From Spirochaetota bacterium (GTDB lineage: Bacteria > Spirochaetota > UBA4802 > UBA5550), in NCBI GenBank assembly GCA_022709405.1, contig JAKLIV010000002.1, forward strand, positions 5,700 to 69,699: a DNA stretch of 64,000 bases, written 5' to 3'. Position 1 is the first letter of the stretch. The number at the start of each line of letters is the position of its first letter. The notes beneath the pieces are model-generated. The model ran no database searches. It saw only the letters and a program-made list of their open reading frames with translations, and was not told where the DNA came from. Both the position numbers and the translations under genes were made by a program. Shown in pieces: positions 19,190-29,038 of this stretch.

Positions 19190-19789
19190 CTATTGTATAA
19201 ATTTATATATAGTGATCAGGACCGTCACCATGGCGAAACCGGCTGTCAGCAGTGCAGTAATCCGGTTAAACCTGCGATCGACCTGTTCAAAACGACGTTC
19301 GGTCTGCTCAAAACGTTTATCCATCTGGTGGAATATGCCGTCAAAGCGCTTATCCATCAGTTCAATGCGGCCATCCATCTGTTCAATACGCTTATCGATC
19401 TGTTCAATGCGTTTATCGACCTGCTCGAAGCGTTTATCGACCTGCTCGAAGCGTTTATCGACCTGCTCGAAGCGTTTATCGACCTGCTCGAAGCGTCTGT
19501 CAGACTGATGCAGCAGGTCATTAAATCGTATGTCCATCCGGGTAAAACCTTCATGCATTGAATCAATCAAATTTTTCATAATACCGGCTTGTTCTTCAAT
19601 TGCGCGTGAGTTATCTTCAATGTGTGACGACATCAGAGCCTGAGCATGCATTCCGCTATAGATCACTTCTGCAAGATCGTTGATACTGACCTCGCTGGGA
19701 TTTTCGATGGCGTCCCTGACAGTTTTCACGATTATTGATTTCGGTATTGTCATTGCCTGCGCCTTGTTGTAAAGCGAATCTTTCTGCAT
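19190..19789 (-). CDS. tail-anchored coiled-coil membrane protein with heptapeptide (DKRFEQV) tandem repeats; XhlA/DUF1640-like architecture
   Basis: 199 aa. ...DRRFEQVDKRFEQVDKRFEQVDKRFEQVDKRIEQIDKRIEQMDGRIELMDKRF... followed by the C-terminal TM helix ITALLTAGFAMVTVLITIYKFIQ. Confidence 0.6.
   Translation of the reverse strand: MQKDSLYNKAQAMTIPKSIIVKTVRDAIENPSEVSINDLAEVIYSGMHAQALMSSHIEDNSRAIEEQAGIMKNLIDSMHEGFTRMDIRFNDLLHQSDRRFEQVDKRFEQVDKRFEQVDKRFEQVDKRIEQIDKRIEQMDGRIELMDKRFDGIFHQMDKRFEQTERRFEQVDRRFNRITALLTAGFAMVTVLITIYKFIQ
19362..19514. repeat. 21-bp tandem repeat array: four perfect copies (19410-19493) flanked by degenerate copies, encoding the heptad repeats
   Basis: cgtttatcgacctgctcgaag occurs four times head to tail. 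The neighbouring units differ by 2-5 nt. Confidence 0.85.
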
Positions 19790-19964
19790 TGTAATTCCCC
19801 CTGTTATTAAATCAATCGTTTTTCCTCTTGATTAATACGATTAAACGGGGGATAAAATAAAAAAAAAGATGAAGTCACGCCTGTTTTCAGGCTGATTTTT
19901 CCTGAAATATTCCATATATTAATCTCTTGCCAGGAATTCCATATTATGAAAAATAGTTCATATC

Positions 19965-20840
19965 ATGCGATATGAAGGAAATATTTTCAGGCCATTCAGC
20001 GAAGCCAACAGCTACCTGCTCCAGGTGACGGTGGGCTGTTCCCACAACCGATGCACATTCTGCGGGATGTACAAGGACAAAAAGTACCGGGTGCGCACGC
20101 TTGATGACATCAAAACCGATATTTCCATGGCGAAGGCCCATTATGGAGACGTCGAAAAGGTGTTTCTCTGTGACGGCGATGCCATAGCGGTCGATAACGG
20201 GATGCTACTCGAAATCATAAATCTGCTGTACCGATCATTTCCCTCTCTGCGGCACGTCGGGTCGTATGTCGGTCCACAGAGTACGCTGTCAAAAAGCATG
20301 TCCGAACTGGGCGCTCTCAGGGCGGCCGGACTGACCAAGGCCTATCTCGGCGTAGAGTCCGGCAGCGACAGTGTTCTTAAATCGGTAAAAAAAGGAGTCA
20401 ACGCCGCTGAAATGCTCCAGGCCGGCCAGAACCTGGTGGCTGCCGGCATCAATCTTTCATCCATGGTGCTTCTCGGTCTTGCTGGTAAAGACGGGTCGAC
20501 AGAGCACGCCATGGCTACGGCAGAGATTACGAATAAAATGCGGCCGCAATACCTGGCCGCGCTGACCGTAACCCCCGTACCGGGGACAGAACTGTACAGA
20601 CAGATTGAAAATGGATCATTTACGCTTCTTGATCCGTTCGAGACGCTTGAAGAGATGAAAACTTTGTTTGAGAATATAACAATCGACAACCTGAAATTCG
20701 TAGGTATCCACGCATCCAACTATCTTCCAGTCAACGGGACCCTCCAGCGCGACCGTTCTGCGATGATCCAGACAGTGAACCGCGTGCTCGAGACGAGGGA
20801 CAGGGGCGCTTTACGGAGCGAAAACATTCGCGGCCTGTAA
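19965..20840 (+). CDS. radical SAM superfamily protein with atypical CX4CX2C cluster spacing
   Basis: 291 aa. SYLLQVTVGCSHNRCTFCGMY. Glycine-rich SAM-binding region (FLCDGDA). No B12 or SPASM extension. Confidence 0.55.
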   Translation: MRYEGNIFRPFSEANSYLLQVTVGCSHNRCTFCGMYKDKKYRVRTLDDIKTDISMAKAHYGDVEKVFLCDGDAIAVDNGMLLEIINLLYRSFPSLRHVGSYVGPQSTLSKSMSELGALRAAGLTKAYLGVESGSDSVLKSVKKGVNAAEMLQAGQNLVAAGINLSSMVLLGLAGKDGSTEHAMATAEITNKMRPQYLAALTVTPVPGTELYRQIENGSFTLLDPFETLEEMKTLFENITIDNLKFVGIHASNYLPVNGTLQRDRSAMIQTVNRVLETRDRGALRSENIRGL

Positions 20841-20945
20841 AAAATAATTGCTTCCAAAGAGGGATCGGGATATTAATCGCTGACTGGGGTTAATTCCCCT
20901 GAAAGCCGATAAATATATCAAACCGTACAAGGGACCGCAGTTACC

Positions 20946-23597
20946 ATGAAAATACTGTTTGAACACTTTTCGACCCAGGATTCGCCGTCGGTACTGGGCG
21001 ATTTCATCTCCCGTCAAAAAATCGGAAGGCTCCTCGATCATCAGGTGTCGACAATTTTTCTTATTTCTTCGGATATTGTTGAATCCGAAACATACCTCGG
21101 GCTCGTACATGCATACCGCGAGGCCGGATTCACGGTTCACACGATTCACCTGGACTCCCTTGAAGCGGGTCGTCCGGACATAATGCTTAAGGCAGTTGAA
21201 AAAATAGACCGCGCTTTTGCCACCGGAAACTGCTACATACTGTCATACGGAAAAAGCTACGCCCTCACAATAATAACATGCTTTTACATGTTTACCGGTA
21301 AAACCGCCGAAGAATCCAAAAGATCCATCGGCGATATACGAAAACGGCTCCTCAAGGAAAACGAGGATGATGCATTCATTCACGCTTTCAGCGATTACAT
21401 GAGAGAAAAAGGCCTCGCGCGACAAGGCATGCCCTCATCCGGGTCAGTGCCCTCCGAATCCGCCAAAACGCTGCCTGCTCCAGCTCAAACGCCCGCTAAA
21501 AGCACGACTGAGAGCAAATTATCCGCAAGGGCGAAAGGCGCCCCTGTTCCGGATGCCGCCAGGCAAGTCACGGAACGCCCTGCCGCACCGGCACCTCTCG
21601 CACCAGGAAAACCGGCAGGGGCAGATCAGGAATCCCTGAAAACGCCAAAAACGCCTGACAAGGACAAAGAAAAGAAAGAAGATAACCGTTTATCCGAACA
21701 GGAATACCTCAAAATCAGTGAACAATTTTTACGGGCTGCCCACTCGGGGCCGTTTTATCGTTCGCTCAAATTCAAATTGATAACAATTATCTCTTCAATT
21801 ATCATTGTTTCGATGTCGGGAATGATTTTCATCGCGACATATTTTTTTAAAAATGACAACACCGTTCGTGTTCAGGAAAACAACCTCAAGTTTTCAGAAA
21901 TCATATCATCCAAGGTCGCATCCGAAATCGATAAATCGATCCTCATCGCCTCCACGATGCTCAAATCATCCGACACGGACGCCGATTCAACGGATTTCAA
22001 CACCAGCGACGTTCTTTACAGCGGCCTGGTAAGCGCCGGGAGCGAGAAGGAGCCGTTCAAGACCATAAAATCATTTTATAACACGCCGGTGATGGACCGG
22101 TATCTTCTTTCCAGAGAAAAAGTCGACGACATACAATCCCGCATCTCAGAACCGATCTCCCGCTCGTTCAAGGGTGAGACTGTTGTCCATAACGCATCCC
22201 AGGGTCTCGATGCGCCGGTGCTTACCGTGTCCCTGCCCTACAGGCCGGTCAGGGGCCAGCCCGTAGCCACGGTCCTTGTCCTCTATCTCAAGCTCGATAC
22301 GCTCCTCAAAGCATTCCAGACATCCGGAATCGTCAAACCCTTCATGGTCAACGACAGAGGTGACATCATCGCCCATCCCGAGAGCGCGATTGTCCTTTCC
22401 GGCGGAAATCTATCCAAGCTTCCTATCGTTGTCATGATGATGAAAAGCAGGATCGATAACGGCCAGACCAGATATGCCGACAGCGACCAGGTCTACTATC
22501 TGGCGTCTTTCAAGAAGCTTCCAAATTACGGCTGCGGCGTCATATCTTCGGTTGAAGAGGCGACCGCTTATCAGGAAGTCTACAATATCCAGAGAAGAAA
22601 CATCTATCTGATGATCATCATGCTCTCGACCGCCATCCTCATCGTTTTCTTTTTCGGGAGGAGCATCACCACCCCGATCATCAGACTGGTTGTCGCCACC
22701 AAGCAGATCATACAGGGCAACTATCATGTCAATATCAGGCCCACTTCCAAGGATGAAATCGGAGAGCTTACCTATTCCTTTATCGAAATGGGCAAGGGAC
22801 TCGAAGAGCGCGAAAAAATAAAAAGCGCGTTCGGCAAATTCGTCAACAAGGAGATCGCCGACGCTGCGATGCGCGGAGAGCTTCGGCTCGGCGGAGAGCG
22901 TAAAAACGTCGCCATCTTCTTTTCAGACATACGCTCCTTCACCTCGATATCGGAAAAGCTTGAGCCGGAGGAAGTGGTCGAGTTCCTCAACGATTACATG
23001 ACCCGAATGGTTACGATCATTGAGTCCCATCACGGCGTCGTCGACAAGTTTATCGGCGACGCGATCATGGCCACATGGGGCGCGATCCTTTCAAAGGGTA
23101 ACGACACCGAAAACGCCATCAACGCATCCCTGCTCATGCGCAAAGAGCTCATTAACTTCAACAGGGACCGCGGCGGATCGAGAAAGCCGCTCATCAAGAT
23201 CGGCTGCGGAATCAACACGGGGCCGGTGCTCGCGGGGCAGATAGGATCCGAGGCCAGGATGGAATACACGGTCATCGGAGACGCGGTTAACCTCGCATCG
23301 AGGATCGAATCGCTCAACAAACCGTTCGGGACCGACATTTTGATCAGCGAGGACGCCTACGAAATCGTCAAGGAAATCTTCAGCGTTGAGAAAATGCAGA
23401 CAATCAAGGTCAAGGGCAAGGAAGCCCCGCAGCAGATATTTGCCGTACTGGGACGTTACGACGATCCATCCCGCATAAAGACTCTGGACGAGTTGAGGGT
23501 CCTGCTCGGAATGGAGCCCCAGCCGTTCAACAGGCGCAGCAGCGACAGTGACTCCCTCGAAGAAGGTGAAAAGAAATATGAGATTATCAAGGAGTGA
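20946..23597 (+). CDS. membrane-bound class III adenylate/guanylate cyclase with an N-terminal cytoplasmic domain of unknown function, a periplasmic sensor domain and HAMP
   Basis: 883 aa. C-terminal FSDIRSFTSISEKL...FIGDAIMATWG cyclase core. Two TM segments bracket a sensor domain of about 230 aa. The N-terminal 160 aa are unannotatable, followed by a Pro/Ala-rich linker. Confidence 0.8.
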   Translation: MKILFEHFSTQDSPSVLGDFISRQKIGRLLDHQVSTIFLISSDIVESETYLGLVHAYREAGFTVHTIHLDSLEAGRPDIMLKAVEKIDRAFATGNCYILSYGKSYALTIITCFYMFTGKTAEESKRSIGDIRKRLLKENEDDAFIHAFSDYMREKGLARQGMPSSGSVPSESAKTLPAPAQTPAKSTTESKLSARAKGAPVPDAARQVTERPAAPAPLAPGKPAGADQESLKTPKTPDKDKEKKEDNRLSEQEYLKISEQFLRAAHSGPFYRSLKFKLITIISSIIIVSMSGMIFIATYFFKNDNTVRVQENNLKFSEIISSKVASEIDKSILIASTMLKSSDTDADSTDFNTSDVLYSGLVSAGSEKEPFKTIKSFYNTPVMDRYLLSREKVDDIQSRISEPISRSFKGETVVHNASQGLDAPVLTVSLPYRPVRGQPVATVLVLYLKLDTLLKAFQTSGIVKPFMVNDRGDIIAHPESAIVLSGGNLSKLPIVVMMMKSRIDNGQTRYADSDQVYYLASFKKLPNYGCGVISSVEEATAYQEVYNIQRRNIYLMIIMLSTAILIVFFFGRSITTPIIRLVVATKQIIQGNYHVNIRPTSKDEIGELTYSFIEMGKGLEEREKIKSAFGKFVNKEIADAAMRGELRLGGERKNVAIFFSDIRSFTSISEKLEPEEVVEFLNDYMTRMVTIIESHHGVVDKFIGDAIMATWGAILSKGNDTENAINASLLMRKELINFNRDRGGSRKPLIKIGCGINTGPVLAGQIGSEARMEYTVIGDAVNLASRIESLNKPFGTDILISEDAYEIVKEIFSVEKMQTIKVKGKEAPQQIFAVLGRYDDPSRIKTLDELRVLLGMEPQPFNRRSSDSDSLEEGEKKYEIIKE

Positions 23598-25737
23598 TCT
23601 TCTCGTAGTCGGCGGGATTTCATCCGTCATCATTACATTTTCCCTTCTTTTCTACTTCGACGTCACCAGGAAAGTCGACCTGAGCGGTTCCGAGGTCGTG
23701 GGCACCCTGACATTCAAGAGAAAGATCGCACAGAGGAAATACTCATCGCAGGTCGTATGGGAAGACGTCCAGCAGAAGACGCCCGTGTATAATTACGACT
23801 CCATCCGCACCGCGGAACTGTCCGAAGCCGTCATAAAGCTGAAGGACGGCACCGAAATATCCCTGGACGAAAACAGCATGATATTCATCTCCCTGACCGA
23901 CAACGAGGTCGGCATCGACTTTACCCAGGGATCCATCAAGGCCAGCAGGGAAGACGTCTCCGACAAATCGCTCAAGACGCTTCAGATCAAATCCCAGGGC
24001 ACCACGGTATCCATAGACAAGAGCGATGTCAGCCTCACGCAGGAAAGCGGCAAGGAGCTCAGCCTTACGGTGAACAAGGGTAACGCCGTTATTGACGCAG
24101 GCGGCGAGAAGCAGACATTGAAACAGGACCAGAAGATAATCGCATCCAAGGATGAGGTGAAGGTTTTTGAGCTTTCCATCAAGCTGCTCAAACCGGAACC
24201 GAGGGCGTATTTCACCAGCCCGTCGGCCAATTCGAAAGAGAACATTCCTTTCGGCTGGGAGAAGGTCGAGGGCCCGTTTGACCTGAACCTGGAAATATCA
24301 TCTGATGCGCTTTTTGAAAAAGGATCGATCAAACGCAGGGTTGTCGGCGAGTCCCAGGCCATCCCCCTGTCTGAAGGCAACTATTACTGGCGACTTACCG
24401 GGATCAATCGGAACACAAAAAAAATGGAACTCAGCGAGATAAGACGCTTCTCCATCGTTCGCGACGATGCAATCCGGATCATCTCGCCGGAGAATAAATC
24501 CGTCGTCTATTACCGGACCGAGCTCCCTATGATTCAGTTAAAATGGACCGAAACCGATATGGTTTCGGGATACCGCGTATCCATAGCAAGGGACAGGGAC
24601 ATGAAAGATGTCCTTTCATCCACCGAAGTCTCGTCTCCTTCCCTCTCGGTATTCGATCTTGCCAAGGGCAACTATTTCTGGAAAGTAAACAAGGTTTCCG
24701 GGATAAGCGGCCTCGAGCTCAAAGGGTCGAGCCCGGTGTATCAGCTTATCATCGATAAAAGAAACCAGGTCGAACCTCCAAGGCTCATATCCCCGTCAGA
24801 AAATAAAAAGATAAGCCAGATAGTCGCGCAGAAACGAAACATCGTCTTTTCCTGGAAAAAGAGCGATGAGATAGTCAAATCAAGGATTGACATCGGCTCC
24901 GATCAGGACTTTGCCAGGACCATACATACATCAGAAACCGACAACAATTTTGTCGCTCCCGAGATTGATCTGCCTGTCGGGAAATATTTCTGGAGAGTCA
25001 CCGGAATTCTCGGTGACGGAGCTTCCACGGCTGCATCGGAAATCAGGGGCCTCGAAATAATCAAGTCCGAGGAAGTTGTCCTGGTGAAACCGGAGGAGAA
25101 CGAAATCATGGCCCTCGAGGATGATTCTTCGGGGCAAGACATCAATTTTTCCTGGAAAAAAATCGATATCGATGGATCGTTCATGCTCGAAATTGCACGA
25201 AATGCGTCTTTCAGCGATATATATAGAAAAATAGAAACATCGGATTTCTACTCCGCGGAAGACGAAATCAAGCCGGGCCGTTATTTCTGGCGAATCACCA
25301 TGAAAGACACCGACGGAAACGAGTTGATGAAAAGCCCATCGAGACAGTTTACCGTGCTCAAACAACTCGACAGACCGATTGGGGTTGCGCCGGCTGACGG
25401 TTCGGTCATCGACATGATCGATAAAAACAGCATTACATTTTCATGGAAACAGTCCGCGGGCGCCACTTCATACCGGATGAGCCTGTATCAGGAAAGGGCC
25501 GGTATGGCTCAATGGATTACGAATATCGATACAACCGAGAACAGGTGCGAGATGGGAGACCTGAAAAAACTGGATGTCGGATCATTCTACTGGACCGTAC
25601 AGGCATATGACCTTGAAAAAGGAACCAACAGGGTCCTCCGTAAGAGTCCGGTAACCAGGAATAACTTCAGGATCAAGCTCGGTTCAGGCGGCTCGGGCCT
25701 GAAGATCAAAATCCCCGATGTCATTTATATAGAGTGA
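23578..25737 (+). CDS. membrane-anchored FecR-like protein with five tandem FN3-like domains
   Basis: ATG at 23578 overlaps the cyclase 3' end by 20 nt, suggesting translational coupling. N-terminal TM helix. Repeated tyrosine-corner motifs GNYYWRLTG, GNYFWKVNK, GKYFWRVTG, GRYFWRITM and GSFYWTVQA. Confidence 0.6.
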   Translation: MRLSRSDLLVVGGISSVIITFSLLFYFDVTRKVDLSGSEVVGTLTFKRKIAQRKYSSQVVWEDVQQKTPVYNYDSIRTAELSEAVIKLKDGTEISLDENSMIFISLTDNEVGIDFTQGSIKASREDVSDKSLKTLQIKSQGTTVSIDKSDVSLTQESGKELSLTVNKGNAVIDAGGEKQTLKQDQKIIASKDEVKVFELSIKLLKPEPRAYFTSPSANSKENIPFGWEKVEGPFDLNLEISSDALFEKGSIKRRVVGESQAIPLSEGNYYWRLTGINRNTKKMELSEIRRFSIVRDDAIRIISPENKSVVYYRTELPMIQLKWTETDMVSGYRVSIARDRDMKDVLSSTEVSSPSLSVFDLAKGNYFWKVNKVSGISGLELKGSSPVYQLIIDKRNQVEPPRLISPSENKKISQIVAQKRNIVFSWKKSDEIVKSRIDIGSDQDFARTIHTSETDNNFVAPEIDLPVGKYFWRVTGILGDGASTAASEIRGLEIIKSEEVVLVKPEENEIMALEDDSSGQDINFSWKKIDIDGSFMLEIARNASFSDIYRKIETSDFYSAEDEIKPGRYFWRITMKDTDGNELMKSPSRQFTVLKQLDRPIGVAPADGSVIDMIDKNSITFSWKQSAGATSYRMSLYQERAGMAQWITNIDTTENRCEMGDLKKLDVGSFYWTVQAYDLEKGTNRVLRKSPVTRNNFRIKLGSGGSGLKIKIPDVIYIE

Positions 25738-25740
25738 TAC

Positions 25741-26625
25741 ATGGTACGAATTTTCAAATCAACTGCTCTCTTGTCCCTGGCCCTGTTTTTATTCCTTCCC
25801 CGTCCACTCGGCGCGGAAGACAAGCCGGAGGCCAATAAAAAACGCATCACATGGGAAGAGTCGGAGGGCGTCGTCCGTTATGATGTAGCGATTAAAAATT
25901 CCTCTGAAGAGATCGTCATATCCTCCAGCACGCAGAAAGGCGAAATCGAGATAGACCTTCCGGCAGGCACCTACTGGATACAAATCACCGCCGTCAATAA
26001 ATTCGACAAGGTCGGCCAGCAGAGCGACTGGCAGAAATTCGAGATAAAGCAGGCTCCAAAAAAAGAAAAGAGTATATTCGTCCAGGACCTCCTCAATGTC
26101 GGCCTGAAAATAAGTGCGGGCTATTTTTATTCGGTGCCTCTCGAAGATTGGGCTGATACATACAACGACGGCTATGCTACCGCAATCCTTCGTTTTAGCC
26201 TGAATTTCGGCAATCTCGGGTTATTGAAGAATTACAGATTTTTCCGTCATTTCGGCCTTGAAGCCGATACCTCTTTCTCCCAATTCGAAGGCAAACAGGT
26301 CCCGGGTAAAATCAAGTTCGATACCATGAATATTTCAGCCGGCTGCAACGCATTTCTTACCACGGCCCTGTCGCTGCCTATCAATGTAACCCTGCGTTTC
26401 GGAGGAGGCGGATGCTTTACCCGTTTCGAATACGCAGCGTCGAATACTACAGAATCGGTTGATATATGGTCAACCGACCCCTATTTCCTGACCGGACTCT
26501 CAATCGAGATAACCTTTTACCGTTTTCTTTTCCTTGAAATAGGGGCTGACTTCGTTTATGTGGATTATATCGGGAAGGACTTCATGAGCGTTCGATACGT
26601 CGCGATGATCGGCATCAGGTTGTAA
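25741..26625 (+). CDS. secreted protein with an N-terminal FN3-like domain and a C-terminal beta-barrel-like domain (hypothetical outer-membrane protein)
   Basis: Signal peptide. AGTYWIQITAVNKFDKVG FN3 motif. Aromatic-rich alternating C-terminal half. Starts 4 bp after the upstream gene. Confidence 0.5.
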   Translation: MVRIFKSTALLSLALFLFLPRPLGAEDKPEANKKRITWEESEGVVRYDVAIKNSSEEIVISSSTQKGEIEIDLPAGTYWIQITAVNKFDKVGQQSDWQKFEIKQAPKKEKSIFVQDLLNVGLKISAGYFYSVPLEDWADTYNDGYATAILRFSLNFGNLGLLKNYRFFRHFGLEADTSFSQFEGKQVPGKIKFDTMNISAGCNAFLTTALSLPINVTLRFGGGGCFTRFEYAASNTTESVDIWSTDPYFLTGLSIEITFYRFLFLEIGADFVYVDYIGKDFMSVRYVAMIGIRL

Positions 26626-27220
26626 TATAGCTGACGAGCGATATCAACGATAAAAGGCCCATGAAGAAAAAAACGATGGATATGAACAGATATGGAAAAA
26701 TAAAAATGAGAACAGTACGACCCGCCTGAATCGAATGCATTTCTGAAATGCCGATCACCGCGATCCACGCCGACCACACGAAAAGAACAAGCGAAAACAG
26801 TACAAACATGAAAACCGGCGCGAAATTAATGATCGAAAAAATCATGGATGTCGGAAGGATGAACGCCTGTGGAAACAACGAAAAGTTCAGCAGGCTCACC
26901 ATCTCCCGTATGTTCCCCCTGCTTCCCTGGAACTGGCATGCCATGTCCATAAGGGCTGCAAGGATGACAATCTTGAAAGACTCCCAGATGAAAAGAAGTA
27001 TCCACCCATATGTGATTTTCGTGAAAAAAAACGACGTCTGTTTTCCCAGAAGCGAAAGAGCCAGTATCCCTGATATGGTCGATATGGCCGGCACAGTGAA
27101 GCTGAGCAGAAAAGGCCTTGGGTCGTTTTTCCCGATCTGCCTATAGAGAAGGCGCGGATCGACCAGCGAATAAAGAAAAAAATCCGCCCAGAGCAGGGAC
27201 CTGATCTTCGCGATTATCAT
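26615..27220 (-). CDS. Yip1-family (DUF1282-like) integral membrane protein
   Basis: 201 aa with five predicted TM helices. Its 3' end overlaps the convergent upstream gene by 11 nt. Confidence 0.45.
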   Translation of the reverse strand: MIIAKIRSLLWADFFLYSLVDPRLLYRQIGKNDPRPFLLSFTVPAISTISGILALSLLGKQTSFFFTKITYGWILLFIWESFKIVILAALMDMACQFQGSRGNIREMVSLLNFSLFPQAFILPTSMIFSIINFAPVFMFVLFSLVLFVWSAWIAVIGISEMHSIQAGRTVLIFIFPYLFISIVFFFMGLLSLISLVSYITT

Positions 27221-28167
27221 GGAAGCAACCTGTATTCGAGCCTGTAATAATCATCCATGGAAAGGCCGTTTTGGATAAGTCCGTTTCCCCTGAACATCCC
27301 GTTGACGGAAAAAAGTAACTGTTCGAGCGGCGTTTTCATTTCGTCATATACAGGAGATGATGCCGGGAGTTCGGCAAGCTGCCTGGCCCTGTCGACGGCA
27401 TCCTCGAAAGTCCCGATGCCGTCGATGAGCTTGTATTTCATCGCAGTCTCTCCGGTCATTACTCTGCCGTCGGCTACCGGGCGTATGTCCGATTCGTTCA
27501 TGTTTCTTCCCAGGGCGATGTCCTTTATGAATTTTTCGTAAGAGATGTCGATGAGCTGCTGGATGAGTTCGCGTTCATCGTCCCGCATTTCCCTGTGGAA
27601 GGCCATCGAATCCTTGAACTTCCCACTCTTGATCACGTTCATTTTTATTCCGAACCTGTCAAGCAGTCCTTTCAGGTTCGGTGAAGCGGCGATAACGCCG
27701 ATTGAGCCGGTAAGCGTCCCCTGATTGGCGATGATATGATTACATGCCGAAGCGATGTAGTATCCGCCTGAAGCCGCAACTTCTCCCATCGAGGCGACCA
27801 CTACGATGTTCTTTTTCCTGAGCTTCCAGATTTTCTGATAGATCTCCTGGGTTGCGGCCACGGTTCCCCCGGGAGAATTGATCCTGAGGACTACCGCTTT
27901 AATGTTCGAATCTTTTTCCAGGTCATCGAGCCGATTTATCAGATCCTCGCTTCCCCTTGCCATCGAAAACGGACTCTTATCGACAGAAAAACCGATCGGT
28001 CCCTCGACCCTGGCTATCCCCACACCGGGCCCGAACTGCGGAACGTTGACGGAAAGAGAGAAGCTCTTTTCTTCCTGGATCGTCAGGCTTACATGGACGA
28101 TTGCTATCACCGCCGTGAGAACAAGCATGGCCAGGATCGATATGAGTATTTTCCGGTTTCTATCCAT
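27217..28167 (-). CDS. sppA: signal peptide peptidase SppA (36K type)
   Basis: N-terminal TM, then INSPGGTVAATQEIY...GGYYIASACNHIIANQGTLTGSIGVIA, the ClpP/crotonase-fold SppA signature. Confidence 0.85.
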   Translation of the reverse strand: MDRNRKILISILAMLVLTAVIAIVHVSLTIQEEKSFSLSVNVPQFGPGVGIARVEGPIGFSVDKSPFSMARGSEDLINRLDDLEKDSNIKAVVLRINSPGGTVAATQEIYQKIWKLRKKNIVVVASMGEVAASGGYYIASACNHIIANQGTLTGSIGVIAASPNLKGLLDRFGIKMNVIKSGKFKDSMAFHREMRDDERELIQQLIDISYEKFIKDIALGRNMNESDIRPVADGRVMTGETAMKYKLIDGIGTFEDAVDRARQLAELPASSPVYDEMKTPLEQLLFSVNGMFRGNGLIQNGLSMDDYYRLEYRLLP

Positions 28168-28202
28168 TCGGTTTTACCGCCGCGCGATTTATTTTTAAAA
28201 TG

Positions 28203-28505
28203 TCAGTAACTTGATTTTCCGATGCAGATGCAGGAATACACCATGTCCTTGGGCGCAATGCAGCTGTTTTTCTTGACCGCGGGACGCATGTCGTTGTTGA
28301 CTCCCTCGCAGGTGCAGTAGCTTACGACATAGAGCTCCTGCCGGCTTACGGCGGATTTTGCGAGCATTTCGGCAAGGGTCAGGCTTTCTTCGCATATGTA
28401 AAAATCAACCACCTGATACGCTTTGCCGGCGCCTGAAGCGTCAATCGTCAGAGATGCAATCAGCAAAACGAGGGCTATTAATGTCGATAAAACGATTTTT
28501 TTCAT
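28203..28505 (-). CDS. small secreted cysteine-rich protein (hypothetical)
   Basis: 100 aa. Signal peptide, eight Cys, RBS ggagg. Co-directional with and immediately downstream of rnpB. Confidence 0.45.
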   Translation of the reverse strand: MKKIVLSTLIALVLLIASLTIDASGAGKAYQVVDFYICEESLTLAEMLAKSAVSRQELYVVSYCTCEGVNNDMRPAVKKNSCIAPKDMVYSCICIGKSSY

Positions 28506-28634
28506 ATAAGAGCCTCCATATAAACGACCCTCGCCTGTTATCCAGCGCAGAAGTATTTTAAAGCAACATATTCAGTATATACAAAAAAAATTAAGTCAGC
28601 AACAACTAAATTTTCAACGCCTGGAATAAAAATT

Positions 28635-29038
28635 GGAGGGGAACGTAAGCCGAATTCTGTTTTTTCCGCCATTTGTCTTGCCTGCATGTCGCCATACAGG
28701 TCCTTGCAACCTACCCGCGGCCTCGAACGGGCAGCTCTCAGACGGCCGCTTACTTGGTCTTGCACCGGATGGGGTTTGCACTGCCGTCGACCTTACGGCC
28801 GGCGCGGTGAGCTCTTACCTCGCCTTTTCACCCTTACCCATTGGGCGGTATGTTTTCTGTTGCACTTTCCGTCGCCTCGCGGCGCCCGGCCGTTAACCGG
28901 CATCCTGCCCTGCGGTGTTCGGACTTTCCTCACCGCCCCGCACCAGGGATTTTCCCGAAATGGCATTAAAGGCGATAACGGCCCTTTCCGGGACGCTCGC
29001 TGGTGCGGGGCAAGCGCGGCGGATTGTTCCCCTCCGCC
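28635..29038 (-). ncRNA. rnpB: RNase P RNA, bacterial type A
   Basis: The minus-strand sequence contains GGAAAGUCCGAACACCGCAGGGCAGGAUGCCGGUUAACGGCCGGGCGCC...AAAGUGCAACAGAAAACAUACCGCC...ACAGAAUUCGGCUUAC. P1 pairing GGAGGGGAAC/GUUCCCCUCC defines both ends. The ORF track's small ORFs 28633-29124 are artefacts. Confidence 0.9.

Noticed and set aside
19212-19566. ORFs encoding CSKRLST and SRSINAS repeats
   Set aside because: They are alternative-frame and antisense readings of the 21-bp tandem repeat. The minus-strand frame gives the only biologically sensible protein.
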